The notes under the pieces were generated by a model. It was not told the origin of the DNA. It did no database searches and saw nothing but the letters and a program-made list of their open reading frames with translations. DNA of 57,238 nucleotides from Candidatus Endobugula sertula (lineage in GTDB: Bacteria > Pseudomonadota > Gammaproteobacteria > Pseudomonadales > Cellvibrionaceae): positions 1-57,238 of the forward strand of contig MDLC01000015.1 of assembly GCA_001723645.1 (NCBI GenBank), read 5' to 3'. Below are positions 32,937 to 43,137 of the stretch, piece after piece. A program made the position numbers and the translations under genes. How positions within the stretch are numbered: position 1 is the first letter of the stretch; every line of letters begins with the position of its first letter.

Positions 32937-34193
32937 TTATTGTACACCCAGTGTTTTTAGTTTCTCCACAGCGGCTTTTCCTACATTTCCACCTGTCTGC
33001 GAGGCTTTTCGGTAGTAGTTGATAGCTGATGAGCGTTGATTATTTATGAGTGCAATTTCACCGAGATAATAGTTAGCAATACCAGTTTCCAGTAAACGGT
33101 TACTAGCAATTAAATCTTTTTGTGCAGCCTTGTATTGCTGATTCTGCTGGTGACTTAAACCGCGATAGAAAAAGGGAGCAAAATAACTCGGTTCGAGTTT
33201 TTCAGCACGATTGTAAGATTGTATTGCTCCATGATAATCTTTGGTTTCATTGAGTAAGCGACCAAGAGTAATATGAAAGCGTGCTTCATTGGATTGTTGT
33301 TTAATAGCGAGGCTAGTCAGTGTTTGTGCTTTAGCCCAGTCTTTCTTTTTTGCTACTTTTAAGGCATTAGCATGTAATTGATAGGCGGGTTGATCGTTTT
33401 TAAGCTGGCGAATGGCATTTTGGTAAGCGGCTTTATTGCGTTTTCCTTTAGGCAATTGCTTAGCGCGTTGCTGATTTTTGTTCACGCGTTCTGCAGAAGG
33501 AGGGTGACTGGCCAGTAGCCCATCAAGCCATCCCCCTTGTCCCCCCTTTTGAGAAAGTTTTAGAAAGGTTTGTTGTAACTCCACAGCCGCCTGAGGATCA
33601 TACCCTGCCTTCACCATATAATTAATACCATAGAAATCGGCTTCCAGCTCATCGTCTCGACCATACCGGGCATTGACGGCTGATGCTCCCAGTCCTGCGA
33701 GGGTGCCATAGAGGTTATTATCAGAGGTTTGAGAAATAATATCGACACCGAATTGTAGCAAACTATTGCGGGACAACTGATTGGCACCATGTCGAGCTGC
33801 TGCATGAACTATTTCGTGCCCAAGCACTGCAGCGAGCTGAGCTTCGTCTTCTAACAGCACCAGTAAACCACGGTTTATAGCAATTTTACCGCCCGGCAAG
33901 GCCCAAGCATTGGGTACATCATTATTGAGAACCACAAATTCATACGGTAATTCAGGACGATCACTGAGTTTGGCTAAGGTTTGTCCAACGCTATCAATAT
34001 ACGTGTTTAGTTCAGGGGCAATCATATACCGCCCGCCTTGGGACTGTTGGCTGGATTTATATTGTTGTGTTCCTATAGCTAACTCTTGTTGAGTACTAAC
34101 CAGAGAAAGCTCTCTTTTGCCGGTGACTGGGTTCATTTCACAGCCGGCAAACACAACAGTGCTTAATAGCGTAATAAATAATCTTTTATACAT
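32937..34193 (-). CDS. M48-family zinc metalloprotease with C-terminal TPR repeats, lipoprotein-type signal
   Basis: HEIVHAAARH (HExxH), lipobox FAGC and TPR-like repeats. Confidence 0.7.
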   Translation of the reverse strand: MYKRLFITLLSTVVFAGCEMNPVTGKRELSLVSTQQELAIGTQQYKSSQQSQGGRYMIAPELNTYIDSVGQTLAKLSDRPELPYEFVVLNNDVPNAWALPGGKIAINRGLLVLLEDEAQLAAVLGHEIVHAAARHGANQLSRNSLLQFGVDIISQTSDNNLYGTLAGLGASAVNARYGRDDELEADFYGINYMVKAGYDPQAAVELQQTFLKLSQKGGQGGWLDGLLASHPPSAERVNKNQQRAKQLPKGKRNKAAYQNAIRQLKNDQPAYQLHANALKVAKKKDWAKAQTLTSLAIKQQSNEARFHITLGRLLNETKDYHGAIQSYNRAEKLEPSYFAPFFYRGLSHQQNQQYKAAQKDLIASNRLLETGIANYYLGEIALINNQRSSAINYYRKASQTGGNVGKAAVEKLKTLGVQ

Positions 34194-34233
34194 ATAAGAT
34201 CCCCTTCTTGTTGACGTATAATAATGCCTATTC

Positions 34234-34797
34234 TTGTCTTATGTCACAAGCTATTATAACCAAACGATCCGAATAGATGATTATCATCACCGTAAAAAAA
34301 CAATATTGAATATGGCTGCATTACAAGTTATTGAGTTATTCGCCGGAAACGATCCTCAGGGGCGAGCTATCGTTGAACGTTTATCCGTTCGACAAAACGA
34401 AGATAATAGCGTTCAATTAGTCAAATCTCCCGCTTTTATTCGGGGTCTTGCCAGTGGTGGTGATAAGATTCAGCTGGTTCCAGATACGAAAGAGTTTATT
34501 ATCAAACAACATAGTGGTAATTTGTGTATTCGCGTTTATGCGAAACAGGGCCTGGAAGCGATTAATGAGCAATTAACCCCAGAATTTGAAAAGCTCGGTG
34601 GTGAGTTGGATACCGAAACACCTCGCTTTCTTGTTTATAGTATCCATGTCAGCTGCGGGTTTAAAACCATTGAATTACTCTTAAATCGACATGTTGGCAA
34701 TAACCATCAAGCGATGTGGGCCTACGGTAATGTGTATGACCCTGTCGATGGTGTTACCCCTCTGAATTGGTGGAATAAAATTCTACAGCCAGAGTAG
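34234..34797 (+). CDS. Hypothetical protein (187 aa)
   Basis: ORF only. Confidence 0.3.
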   Translation: MSYVTSYYNQTIRIDDYHHRKKTILNMAALQVIELFAGNDPQGRAIVERLSVRQNEDNSVQLVKSPAFIRGLASGGDKIQLVPDTKEFIIKQHSGNLCIRVYAKQGLEAINEQLTPEFEKLGGELDTETPRFLVYSIHVSCGFKTIELLLNRHVGNNHQAMWAYGNVYDPVDGVTPLNWWNKILQPE

Positions 34798-34847
34798 TCG
34801 TCGCGTGCTAAACACTCAATATTTGATTCAGTAAACAGGTATATATT

Positions 34848-35621
34848 ATGTTAATGGTAATTTCTCCCGCTAAGAAGTTAGAGGTTGAAGGCCCGTCTGC
34901 AACCCAACAAAAATCTCAGGCAGCCTTATTGAATGATGCGCAAATACTGATCGATGAATTAAAACAATTGGCCCCCCAGGATATCTCATCGTTGATGAGC
35001 ATCAGTGATAAATTAGGTCTCTTAAATTATGATCGTTATCAAGCATGGCAATTACCATTCTCACTCGACAATGCAAAACAGGCAATACTTGCATTTAAAG
35101 GAGATGTTTATGTGGGTTTAGAGGCCGAGTCTTTTAGCGTTGATGATTATACCTTTGCCCAACAACATTTACGTATTCTATCAGGCCTTTATGGTGTATT
35201 ACGCCCATTGGACTTAATGCAGGCCTATCGTTTGGAAATGGGAACTCGGTTTGAAAATAGTCGTGGTAAAAACCTTTATGAATTCTGGGGGGAGAAGATT
35301 ACCGGAGAACTCAATAGGCAGCTAAAAAAGAATAAAAGTGATATCTTAATTAATTTGGCATCAACGGAATATTTTAAGTCAGTGAAACCTGCCTCCTTAC
35401 ATGCTGATATTGTTACTCCTCTTTTTAAAGATAAGAAAAGCGGTCAGTATAAAACCATTAGCTTCTACGCCAAGAAAGCAAGGGGCCTAATGGCGGCTTA
35501 TGCGATTCGTAATAAAATAACCGATGCTAGGAAGCTAAAGAAGTTTGATGTGCAAGGGTACTCTTATAATGCGGAGATGTCGAAAGAAAATGAATGGGTG
35601 TTTACCCGAGAGGAGATATAG
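34848..35621 (+). CDS. yaaA: Peroxide stress protein YaaA (UPF0246)
   Basis: Characteristic N-terminus MLMVISPAKKL and family length. Confidence 0.8.
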   Translation: MLMVISPAKKLEVEGPSATQQKSQAALLNDAQILIDELKQLAPQDISSLMSISDKLGLLNYDRYQAWQLPFSLDNAKQAILAFKGDVYVGLEAESFSVDDYTFAQQHLRILSGLYGVLRPLDLMQAYRLEMGTRFENSRGKNLYEFWGEKITGELNRQLKKNKSDILINLASTEYFKSVKPASLHADIVTPLFKDKKSGQYKTISFYAKKARGLMAAYAIRNKITDARKLKKFDVQGYSYNAEMSKENEWVFTREEI

Positions 35622-35639
35622 CGTTGTCGGCTCCAACAA

Positions 35640-35730
35640 GAGTTATCCGTGTACGTTTGAGTTTTATAGTCTCGATCTCAACCCCATTGAGTATCAATGG
35701 GCACAGGCTAAAGCCATAAAACAACATTGA
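35640..35730 (+). mobile_element. Remnant of an IS630/Tc1-family transposase C-terminus
   Basis: ...YSLDLNPIEYQWAQAKA matches the conserved SPDLNPIE..W..LK C-terminal motif of IS630 transposases. Only about 30 codons remain. Confidence 0.45.
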
Positions 35731-36316
35731 TGCTCTATGGACGTCTCTATTCGCATGAAATATGACAAATGATAAGTGAATAGCTGGAGAAGCCTCCTTT
35801 TATTTTGCACAATAAATCCACTTTCTTTCGCTATCAAAAAACATAACGTAAAGTTAGTTAAACAATTTTAGCAACGCCATGATTTTTCAGTATATAGTCG
35901 TTTTATGGTTGCGCTTTAATTGGAAGTGTAATGTGATATAGTTCAGGTACTGGCATGTGGTATTCGTCGATAATACATCCCAGAAGCAGAGAGTGAATAA
36001 ACAGGTGAATACCAGTAAATAATAACAATAGTCATTCTGCATTCTATTTTTATGCAGACATTTGGCAGTAAACAGAGGTCCATCATGAAATTTGATGTTC
36101 TAACAGTCACCGCACTATTATTTATAGTGGGTGTTTTAATGAGTAGCTTAGGCATTACAGAAGATTTAGTCAGCCAAAGCAATATGGCTCCGCCATCGGC
36201 GCTACAGCAAGGCATTTCAACGCATTAAAACACCATAGAGCATCGTTAATAGGAAATGAATTAATAGTGCTTTATTCAACTCGCCGTTAAATTATCGTAA
36301 CGAGGGTCGATTAACA

Positions 36317-36862
36317 TTAATTAGTTACCACGCAATCCAGGGGTACATCCCAAGGTTCTGGAGTAATTTTACGCACTTGTTGAAAATAATAGGCCACCCC
36401 CATCATCAGTGCACGACGTTTAGAACCACCCCTTTCAAAGGTTTTATCATAGTAGCCCCCTCCCATACCAATACGGTGATTGTACTTATCAAAAGCAACT
36501 AATGGTGTTAGTACCAGATCCAAACTGCAGGCTGCAATAATACTGCCAGAGACTGGCTCTAAAATTCCATATTTATTAGACTCTAGTGGTGTGGTGGGCG
36601 TGTAGTTGACGAAAGCCAAACGCTCCTTTTCTATAACGGGCAAATAACAGGTTTTTCCTTGACTCCAGGCTTTTTTCAACAGAAAACCAAGACCAATTTC
36701 ACCTTCGTTAGCTAGGTAAAAAGCAATATGACGACTTTCTCGATAAATCTCAGTCTGTAATATGTTCATAGCCAACTCATAAGAGGCTCGTTTTTGAGCA
36801 CCCTGGCCTACAGCACAACGTCGCCGACGCATATTTTGTCGAATAGCATTAGCTGGCAACAC
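36317..36862 (-). CDS. ygfA: 5-formyltetrahydrofolate cyclo-ligase
   Basis: MTHFS family motifs. Conserved zapA-ssrS-ygfA synteny. Confidence 0.8.
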   Translation of the reverse strand: MLPANAIRQNMRRRRCAVGQGAQKRASYELAMNILQTEIYRESRHIAFYLANEGEIGLGFLLKKAWSQGKTCYLPVIEKERLAFVNYTPTTPLESNKYGILEPVSGSIIAACSLDLVLTPLVAFDKYNHRIGMGGGYYDKTFERGGSKRRALMMGVAYYFQQVRKITPEPWDVPLDCVVTN

Positions 36863-36961
36863 AAAAACTACCCTTTGTCAATGATAAATCACACGTTTTT
36901 GAAAACACTCCTGATAAAGAATAATGAACTAGGCCGCTAGCCTTGTCCATATAGGAGATAA

Positions 36962-37152
36962 GAAACAGGAAAGTATCCCAAGAATGCCGCTGTCATAATG
37001 GCCTTGAACCGTGAAGTTCAAGTGGTGGTCTCTGGCAAGCATTAGGCTTTCCGTAGTACGGACATGCACACCAACAAGCACGAGAAACCTCCGGAAGTTG
37101 TAATATCGGCTCAAGGACGATGACTGGCAAACACCTCAGGACTCATGACTAT
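36962..37152 (-). ncRNA. ssrS: 6S RNA
   Basis: Sits between zapA and ygfA as in E. coli. Minus-strand sequence ...GCCAGTCATCGTCCTTGAGCCGATATT... matches the E. coli 6S 5' region. The central GGTTCAAGG / CCTTGAACC hairpin and the 3' region resemble 6S. Ends are approximate. Confidence 0.6.
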
Positions 37153-37189
37153 TATAGACAACTAACGCCAACAATAAAATGGAAGGCAT

Positions 37190-37471
37190 TTAAAGAGAGA
37201 GAATCTTTTCCACTCGATTGCACATGTCGTTAACCAGCTCTTGGTCCAGAGGTTCATTGCGCTGAGATAAATGTAACACCTCGTGGGCAAGATTCAATGC
37301 TGCCATTACCGCGATTCGCTCAACACCAATAACATTACCAGACTGGCGGATAGTTCTCATGCGATTATCAAGCTCAGTGGCCGCTTTCAACAAAGAATCA
37401 CGCTCTTCGCTGGGACAGGCAACTTGGTAATCTTTATCCAAAATATGTACAGAAAGAGTTTCTCTTGACAT
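37190..37471 (-). CDS. zapA: Cell division protein ZapA
   Basis: 93 aa ZapA family. Synteny. Confidence 0.8.
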   Translation of the reverse strand: MSRETLSVHILDKDYQVACPSEERDSLLKAATELDNRMRTIRQSGNVIGVERIAVMAALNLAHEVLHLSQRNEPLDQELVNDMCNRVEKILSL

Positions 37472-37472
37472 A

Positions 37473-37694
37473 CTAATTCACCCCTTCTTTCAGACTTTTA
37501 AGGTGCTGAATCATGGATTCCACACGTTTACGCACTAACTCATTTTTTTCGATGAGGTGAGCGCGCTCATTCAGCCATTGCTGCTCACGCTTAAGTAGGG
37601 ACTGATTATCCTCATGCAACTGCGAGCAGTGCCTGATAAGTTCATCCAGTTTCTGAGAAAGGTCTTGTAAGTTATGCTCTGTCATAGGCGACAA
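37473..37694 (-). CDS. Small coiled-coil protein (ZapB-like)
   Basis: 73 aa, heptad-rich. Immediately upstream of zapA. Confidence 0.45.
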   Translation of the reverse strand: MSPMTEHNLQDLSQKLDELIRHCSQLHEDNQSLLKREQQWLNERAHLIEKNELVRKRVESMIQHLKSLKEGVN

Positions 37695-38330
37695 TTAAAC
37701 GATGATCTTGAAAAAACTGCAAGTTATTCAACCAGAATCTTTTGCAACAAAAAGTTCGAGGTGTCATTTTTACCACCCAGTAGATAGAAATCAGGGTTCA
37801 ACAGGTTATCCCTGCCATTGTAATTCAATTGGCTGAAACATCAAATCGACGTTGACCATAGTTCTCACGATGTTGATCAAACACGTTTTTCAACATGGTG
37901 AATTCAATGGGTCATTGCAACACTTAAATGGTAAATGCCCATTATTTGAGATTGTCTACGTGTTCCCACCAAACCAAAAGAAATTTTACCATCGGTCATG
38001 TGGGCTTTATAGTCGCAGGGTAAATCACTCAGTGATGTTAGGATACGGATTCATTGCAAAAGACAGGAGGTATACAACCTAAACCAGTCACCAGAACGAA
38101 ATGGGACGAATTTCTGATCGATAGTTCTTTGGTAACGACTCAATCAGCAACTCCTTGTTTAAATTCTTCTGTATAGCATTGTTTACTACTCGTAGTTTCA
38201 CCTCATTAAGTGGTGTATTTTCTCTTAATTAAGAGTCTCGTGCTATTACAAAAGTGACTGACTCGCTATTATCTCACCTGACAAGCTGCCATAATATTAT
38301 ATATTGAAACATCGGTAACATGACGAAAAC

Positions 38331-38987
38331 ATGACAATAGTTAACTGGAACAAGATTGATACGGTTATGCTAGACATGGATGGCACACTGTTGGATCTGC
38401 ATTATGATACATACTTTTGGACGAATCATTTGCCTCAACGTTACGCTGAACTTAAACAGATTCCCGAAACCGAAGCAAGACATCGTTTAAATACTCATAT
38501 CCGTTCATTGAAAGGCACTTTAAACTGGTACTGCCTCGACTATTGGGCAACAGAGCTAGACATTAATATTCTCACCCTCAAAAGGGAGATCAAAGAACGC
38601 CCTTATACAAAGGAATTTTTGCAATTTTTGCAGGTCCAAAAAAAGCAGGTGGTATTAGTCACTAATGCCCATCCGGTTGGTCTTAATATAAAGCTGGGTG
38701 AAACGTGCATTGGAGATTATCTCGATCATATTATTTCATCTCATCAGTTTAGTGAACCCAAAGAAGCCCAGGCATTTTGGCATCACTTACGAAACCACTT
38801 CCCCTTCAATAGCCAACGCACTTTGTTTATTGATGACAATCTGACTATTCTAGAATCAGCTAAAGCCTATGGTATTGCTTATATACTGGGTATCCATCAA
38901 CCTGACAGTCAAATTGAGCGCCAACTTGAAGGGATACCTGCCATCTATCACTTTAATGAAATCATGCCCGATAAGGCTATCGACTAA
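38331..38987 (+). CDS. HAD-superfamily hydrolase (YrfG-like nucleotidase)
   Basis: DMDGTLLD motif I and the overall HAD pattern. Confidence 0.7.
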   Translation: MTIVNWNKIDTVMLDMDGTLLDLHYDTYFWTNHLPQRYAELKQIPETEARHRLNTHIRSLKGTLNWYCLDYWATELDINILTLKREIKERPYTKEFLQFLQVQKKQVVLVTNAHPVGLNIKLGETCIGDYLDHIISSHQFSEPKEAQAFWHHLRNHFPFNSQRTLFIDDNLTILESAKAYGIAYILGIHQPDSQIERQLEGIPAIYHFNEIMPDKAID

Positions 38988-39440
38988 CGGGTTGTGCACC
39001 TCATGATTATGCTTTTCACTTGGTGCTTACGTAAGTATTGTGGCAAGCGATTTATTTTGTTACGAACTAATATGGATGCTCTCGCTAAAGACGTTGATTC
39101 ATCCCCCGATGATTACCAGTGGGAAAGGGCTGACCGCTTTAAAGTCGTTATCACTAAGGCGTTAAGACGACTTGAGATTAAAAACCAGTGCTCGAATGCC
39201 TACCTGAAATTGCACTTTCTTTAAATCTCGATAACGAACGTGTTTGTTGCGATGCGCAAACACATGTTCATAAGATGATCGCATCGCAGAAAACCAGCCA
39301 TCCTTACGACGATCTTTTCCTTTCATATTGTTCTTTTGGGTCGTCGCGTTGTGGCAGCCTTTGTGCTTGAGTGCTCATAACCGTTCTCCTTTTTGTGTCG
39401 CTTTTTTGATACGGTAGAAAGTTGGATACTGCTTATTTAT

Positions 39441-40397
39441 CTATACGTTTATGCAATACCATTGAGGTGTTTTAATCGCCTGTAAATATCGCTTCGACTG
39501 CTTATCCCTTTGTAGAAACATGGGTGATTCATTCGTCACTTCAAAACCAAACTGTTTCGGTAAGCTGGTATACATTGACTTTGGCGGCAAGTCATAAATT
39601 TTTTTAATCTTTCGTCCTGTATCAAAGGTATGATAATAAATGATAGAAATTCCCAGTTCATTGCGAATAAAACGAATGGCTGCCGCTAATGATAATTCAG
39701 CCCAAAGCGTTTTATAAGGTTTTAGAATGACCTCTGCATATTCTTTAATATCTCCATATTCACAATGAATGCCATTAATCACATCGCCGGGTTTTGCCGT
39801 GTTTTCCTTGGAGAGATGTTTGTTTACGTGCTCCAGATCTCTATTGACGTCGCGTAACCAATCATTTTGCACCTCCTCAATTAATGCTTCCCCAGTAGAT
39901 AAATCTGCATCGATTCTTACCCATGACAAGGTTTTACGATAGCCCCTTCTAATAGGGTGACCTCTAAACTCAAATGGACCGTAGTTATCTGAAGGCTTTA
40001 ATAAGCGGTGATACTCCTGATTGTGCTTATTATCAAAATTAATTTGCAACACCAAATTCTGCTGATTTCTCGAAGTCTGGTCGTAGTCTCTGTCACCCTC
40101 CCCCCAGCGATCCAATGTTAGAGTAAAGGCCAGCGTGCCTTCATTCCAGTAAAGTGACACATCATCCTTGGTCAACATACCGTTACCACAACGTTTAGTA
40201 ATATTTTTCACTATAGGCTTGGTGGAAAAGCGTTGTAAAGGCGGCTTGTTTAACTCGCGTACTTGTAAGCTTTGCCTTTTGTTGTTTTCCATATACCAAT
40301 TAATCATATCTAAACAATAGCGGTCTTTAAGATAATAAAAGACTCTTCTTTCGTCACCTAAGCAATCGAGTATTTCGTCTAATTCTTTCTGTTTCAT
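39441..40397 (-). CDS. Unknown-function protein, paralog (about 70 % identity) of the gene fused to the rtcB-prfH operon
   Basis: 318 aa. Long colinear identity with the 41581-42474 ORF (e.g. [47 protein letters not shown]). Confidence 0.5.
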   Translation of the reverse strand: MKQKELDEILDCLGDERRVFYYLKDRYCLDMINWYMENNKRQSLQVRELNKPPLQRFSTKPIVKNITKRCGNGMLTKDDVSLYWNEGTLAFTLTLDRWGEGDRDYDQTSRNQQNLVLQINFDNKHNQEYHRLLKPSDNYGPFEFRGHPIRRGYRKTLSWVRIDADLSTGEALIEEVQNDWLRDVNRDLEHVNKHLSKENTAKPGDVINGIHCEYGDIKEYAEVILKPYKTLWAELSLAAAIRFIRNELGISIIYYHTFDTGRKIKKIYDLPPKSMYTSLPKQFGFEVTNESPMFLQRDKQSKRYLQAIKTPQWYCINV

Positions 40398-40677
40398 AAT
40401 AGTACTTCTGATAGGAACATCTGATTAACCGATAAATATTTACTGAAGTATTTGTAAATGGGTCAATCTAGATAGTATTACATTCAATGTTTCACATTTT
40501 CTTATCGCTACTCAAGCGATAAGTCATTTTAGACAATTCTCACCTTTTAAACTGATAACAAATAGCGTTTAGTCAGTACTCAATTGGCTAAAGAGCACTT
40601 CATAAATACCGCCTGCGCATTTTTAGCCAAATTGTTATAGCGCACTTTCCGATATCCAAATGGTGACGTTCCATTAA

Positions 40678-41022
40678 ATGACAAAATTTACAAATGGTCG
40701 TCTCATCAGCGACTATCTCGCGCTGAGGCTTTGGGATAAAAAGGTTCAATGGTTTTACAAAGTGCTGACCAAGATAGAATCTCGTTCATTGGCTCCAGAA
40801 ACATCTCTTTGCGAGTCTTCTTACGACATTTTTCAAATTCTTGGTAAAATTGGCGGGCATAAAAAACACCGTAATTTAATGCGAATGATTTCAGAGCAAC
40901 AAAAAGCTATTGCTGAAATAAAAGCGGCGATGATTGCCGATGAGGATTTCGCGGAGAAATTCGCGGCTGAATTATTGGATGAACAAACCTATAAAAAAGT
41001 CATGTCTATCTTTGTACCGTGA
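40678..41022 (+). CDS. Hypothetical protein (114 aa)
   Basis: ORF. Confidence 0.3.
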   Translation: MTKFTNGRLISDYLALRLWDKKVQWFYKVLTKIESRSLAPETSLCESSYDIFQILGKIGGHKKHRNLMRMISEQQKAIAEIKAAMIADEDFAEKFAAELLDEQTYKKVMSIFVP

Positions 41023-41255
41023 GAGGGCTTTTTGCTAACCCCCTTCATAGTGAACCAGAAGAATTAAAGGATCGGAGTTTGCCTGAAAGTCCTTTGGTGG
41101 AGGAGGATGATCCTGCCTTGGCACATTTGACCTATGAGAAAAAGGTCGAGGTGATTAAATCGTTATGGAAGATGATGTCATTGATGGTTGATATGGCGTG
41201 GGGCCTGGATAGTACACAACAATCTTTAACCGAAACCTTCCGTGGAACTGGGTAA
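41019..41255 (+). CDS. Hypothetical acidic protein (78 aa), overlapping the upstream ORF stop
   Basis: ORF with 4-nt overlap. Confidence 0.3.
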   Translation: MRGLFANPLHSEPEELKDRSLPESPLVEEDDPALAHLTYEKKVEVIKSLWKMMSLMVDMAWGLDSTQQSLTETFRGTG

Positions 41256-41306
41256 GATTCTGGAAGTGTGGTACGACTAAAAGATAGCAAAAGGAGGGTA
41301 AAGAAT

Positions 41307-41516
41307 ATGGCAGAAGTCACAAAAGCATTAATTTATTGCCGTGTATCCAGTAAGAAGCAAAAGCAAGGGGACGGCTTGGAGTCAGGAACACCGCCGCCAG
41401 ACCTTACAAAAAATGAAAGCTTGTTATTGAGGAAAAAGCGGCGAATTCGGTCAAACCGCAGCGAGGTCGTGACGATACTTATATGTTCATGGCACCATAA
41501 GTTGGCCACCTTTTGA
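41307..41516 (+). pseudogene. Serine recombinase (resolvase/invertase) N-terminal fragment
   Basis: Strong SD (AAGGAGGG) then MAEVTKALIYCRVSSKKQ, the resolvase catalytic-Ser motif. The ORF diverges and stops after about 70 codons. Confidence 0.45.
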
Positions 41517-41580
41517 CACCATAGATTGGCCGTTTTGTATAATATTTGTTCATTTGGTGCGTTTGTCTCCTGATCATACT

Positions 41581-42474
41581 CTAAATTGATAGGCGATACC
41601 ATTGGGTATTTTTAATAGCCTTTAGATATCTCCTAGCTTTTTTGTGTTGTTCTAAAAACCTAGGACTTTGACTGGTTACTTCAAATCCAAATTGCTTTGG
41701 TAACTTTGTGTACATAGATTTGGGCAGCAATCCGTAGATTTTCTTAATTTTTCGCCCTGTGTCAAAAGTATGATAATAGATGGTCGAAATACCCAGCTTG
41801 TTGCGGATAAATTGAATAGCCGCTAGTAGTGAGAGTTCCGCCCATAATCTCTTATAAGGCTCTAATATGACTTCAGCATAGTGTTTAAATTCATTATACT
41901 CACAGTCAATACCATGGATAATATCGCCGGGTTTTACTGTGTTTTTCCCAGCATAGCACCTTGTAACACGCTGCATATCCCAGGTAACTCTACGGATCCA
42001 ATCATTTTGTACCTCTTCAATTAATGCTTCTCCTGTCGTAGGATCAAAATCTATTCTTACCCAAGATAATGTTTTGCGGTTATTTTGCCTAATAGGATGC
42101 CCTCTATATTCAAATGGGCCATAGCTATCATAAGGTTTTAGTAAACTATGGTAGTGTTGGTTATGTTCATTGCCAAAATTGATTTGTAAAACCAGATTTT
42201 GCTGATTTCTAGGTGTTTGATCATAACCTCTTTCGCTGTCACCCCACCGATCAAGTGTTAATGTAAAAGTTAATACATCATTGGGCCAGTAAGATTTAAG
42301 ATTATCTATTGGTAAATAACCATTGCCGCATCGTTTGATAATGTTTTTAACAATCGGTTTTGCGGCAAATAACTCTAAATAATAGCGATCCTTAAAATAA
42401 TGAAAGCCCCTTCTTTCATTACCTAAGCAATACAGTACATCCTCTAAATATTTACTCGTTAAAATCTCTACCAT
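41581..42474 (-). CDS. Unknown-function protein, translationally coupled to prfH (third gene of rtcB-prfH operon)
   Basis: 297 aa. Its start overlaps the prfH stop by 23 nt. Paralog of 39441-40397. Confidence 0.5.
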   Translation of the reverse strand: MVEILTSKYLEDVLYCLGNERRGFHYFKDRYYLELFAAKPIVKNIIKRCGNGYLPIDNLKSYWPNDVLTFTLTLDRWGDSERGYDQTPRNQQNLVLQINFGNEHNQHYHSLLKPYDSYGPFEYRGHPIRQNNRKTLSWVRIDFDPTTGEALIEEVQNDWIRRVTWDMQRVTRCYAGKNTVKPGDIIHGIDCEYNEFKHYAEVILEPYKRLWAELSLLAAIQFIRNKLGISTIYYHTFDTGRKIKKIYGLLPKSMYTKLPKQFGFEVTSQSPRFLEQHKKARRYLKAIKNTQWYRLSI

Positions 42475-43135
42475 AAAAAGTACGTATAGGTTTACCCCTT
42501 TGCACTTCGTAGTGCTGTGACCATCGTGAACGTTCGAGTGATTTATTTTCTAAATCGTTTTGATTTGCCAGCAATAGTTGCAAACGCTCTAATGCGATTT
42601 GCTTATTTCTATGCTGGGAACGGTCTGATTCAACACGCACTTTTAAACCAGTTGTGCGATGAGTGATACGAACCGCACTATTGGTCTTATTGACATGTTG
42701 ACCACCTGGCCCTTTTGACCGCATAGTCTCCATATCGACTTCCTTCACTAATTCGTTGAACGTCTTCATACTATTACTAGGCATTGATAATGTCGCAATA
42801 CCCACGAACCAGTTGATGCGTTTATGCTTAGGTCGATAAGGGCTTTCACCTTGCCATTTAATAGTTCCTTGCCATTTATGAGCAAACCCATCAACCCCTT
42901 TGCCTTCTAAGCGGATCAATATCGACAAAAATGCATCAGGCTCAATCAATGTCTGATTTCGCAATAACTTATCAAATGCTAAGCTCTCAACGATTTCAGC
43001 AGACAGATTTTCTCTGTATGCTTCATCCAATAGAACTCGACTGAGCTGAGCAATAACCCAGCCGCATTCTTTAGGGCCTTGACCAGCCGTCAGTTGTAGC
43101 CATACAACTGACGATTTTTTATGCTTTGTTTCCAT
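42452..43135 (-). CDS. prfH: Peptide chain release factor H (RF2-like, lacks codon-recognition domain)
   Basis: GGQ motif ([18 protein letters not shown]). 227 aa. Immediately downstream of rtcB with a 3-nt gap. Confidence 0.8.
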   Translation of the reverse strand: METKHKKSSVVWLQLTAGQGPKECGWVIAQLSRVLLDEAYRENLSAEIVESLAFDKLLRNQTLIEPDAFLSILIRLEGKGVDGFAHKWQGTIKWQGESPYRPKHKRINWFVGIATLSMPSNSMKTFNELVKEVDMETMRSKGPGGQHVNKTNSAVRITHRTTGLKVRVESDRSQHRNKQIALERLQLLLANQNDLENKSLERSRWSQHYEVQRGKPIRTFYGRDFNE

Positions 43136-43137
43136 AT

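Noticed and set aside
36087-36230. 47-codon ORF MKFDVLTVTALLFIVGVLMSSLGITEDLVSQSNMAPPSALQQGISTH
   Set aside because: Plausible small membrane peptide but below the ORF-track threshold and without RBS or conservation evidence.
39230-39380. Possible frameshifted small basic ORF on minus strand (MSTQAQRLPQRDDPKEQYERK... / ...KDRRKDGWFSAMRSSYEHVF...)
   Set aside because: Two short frames without recognisable family. Could be a decayed gene at the island edge but cannot be supported.
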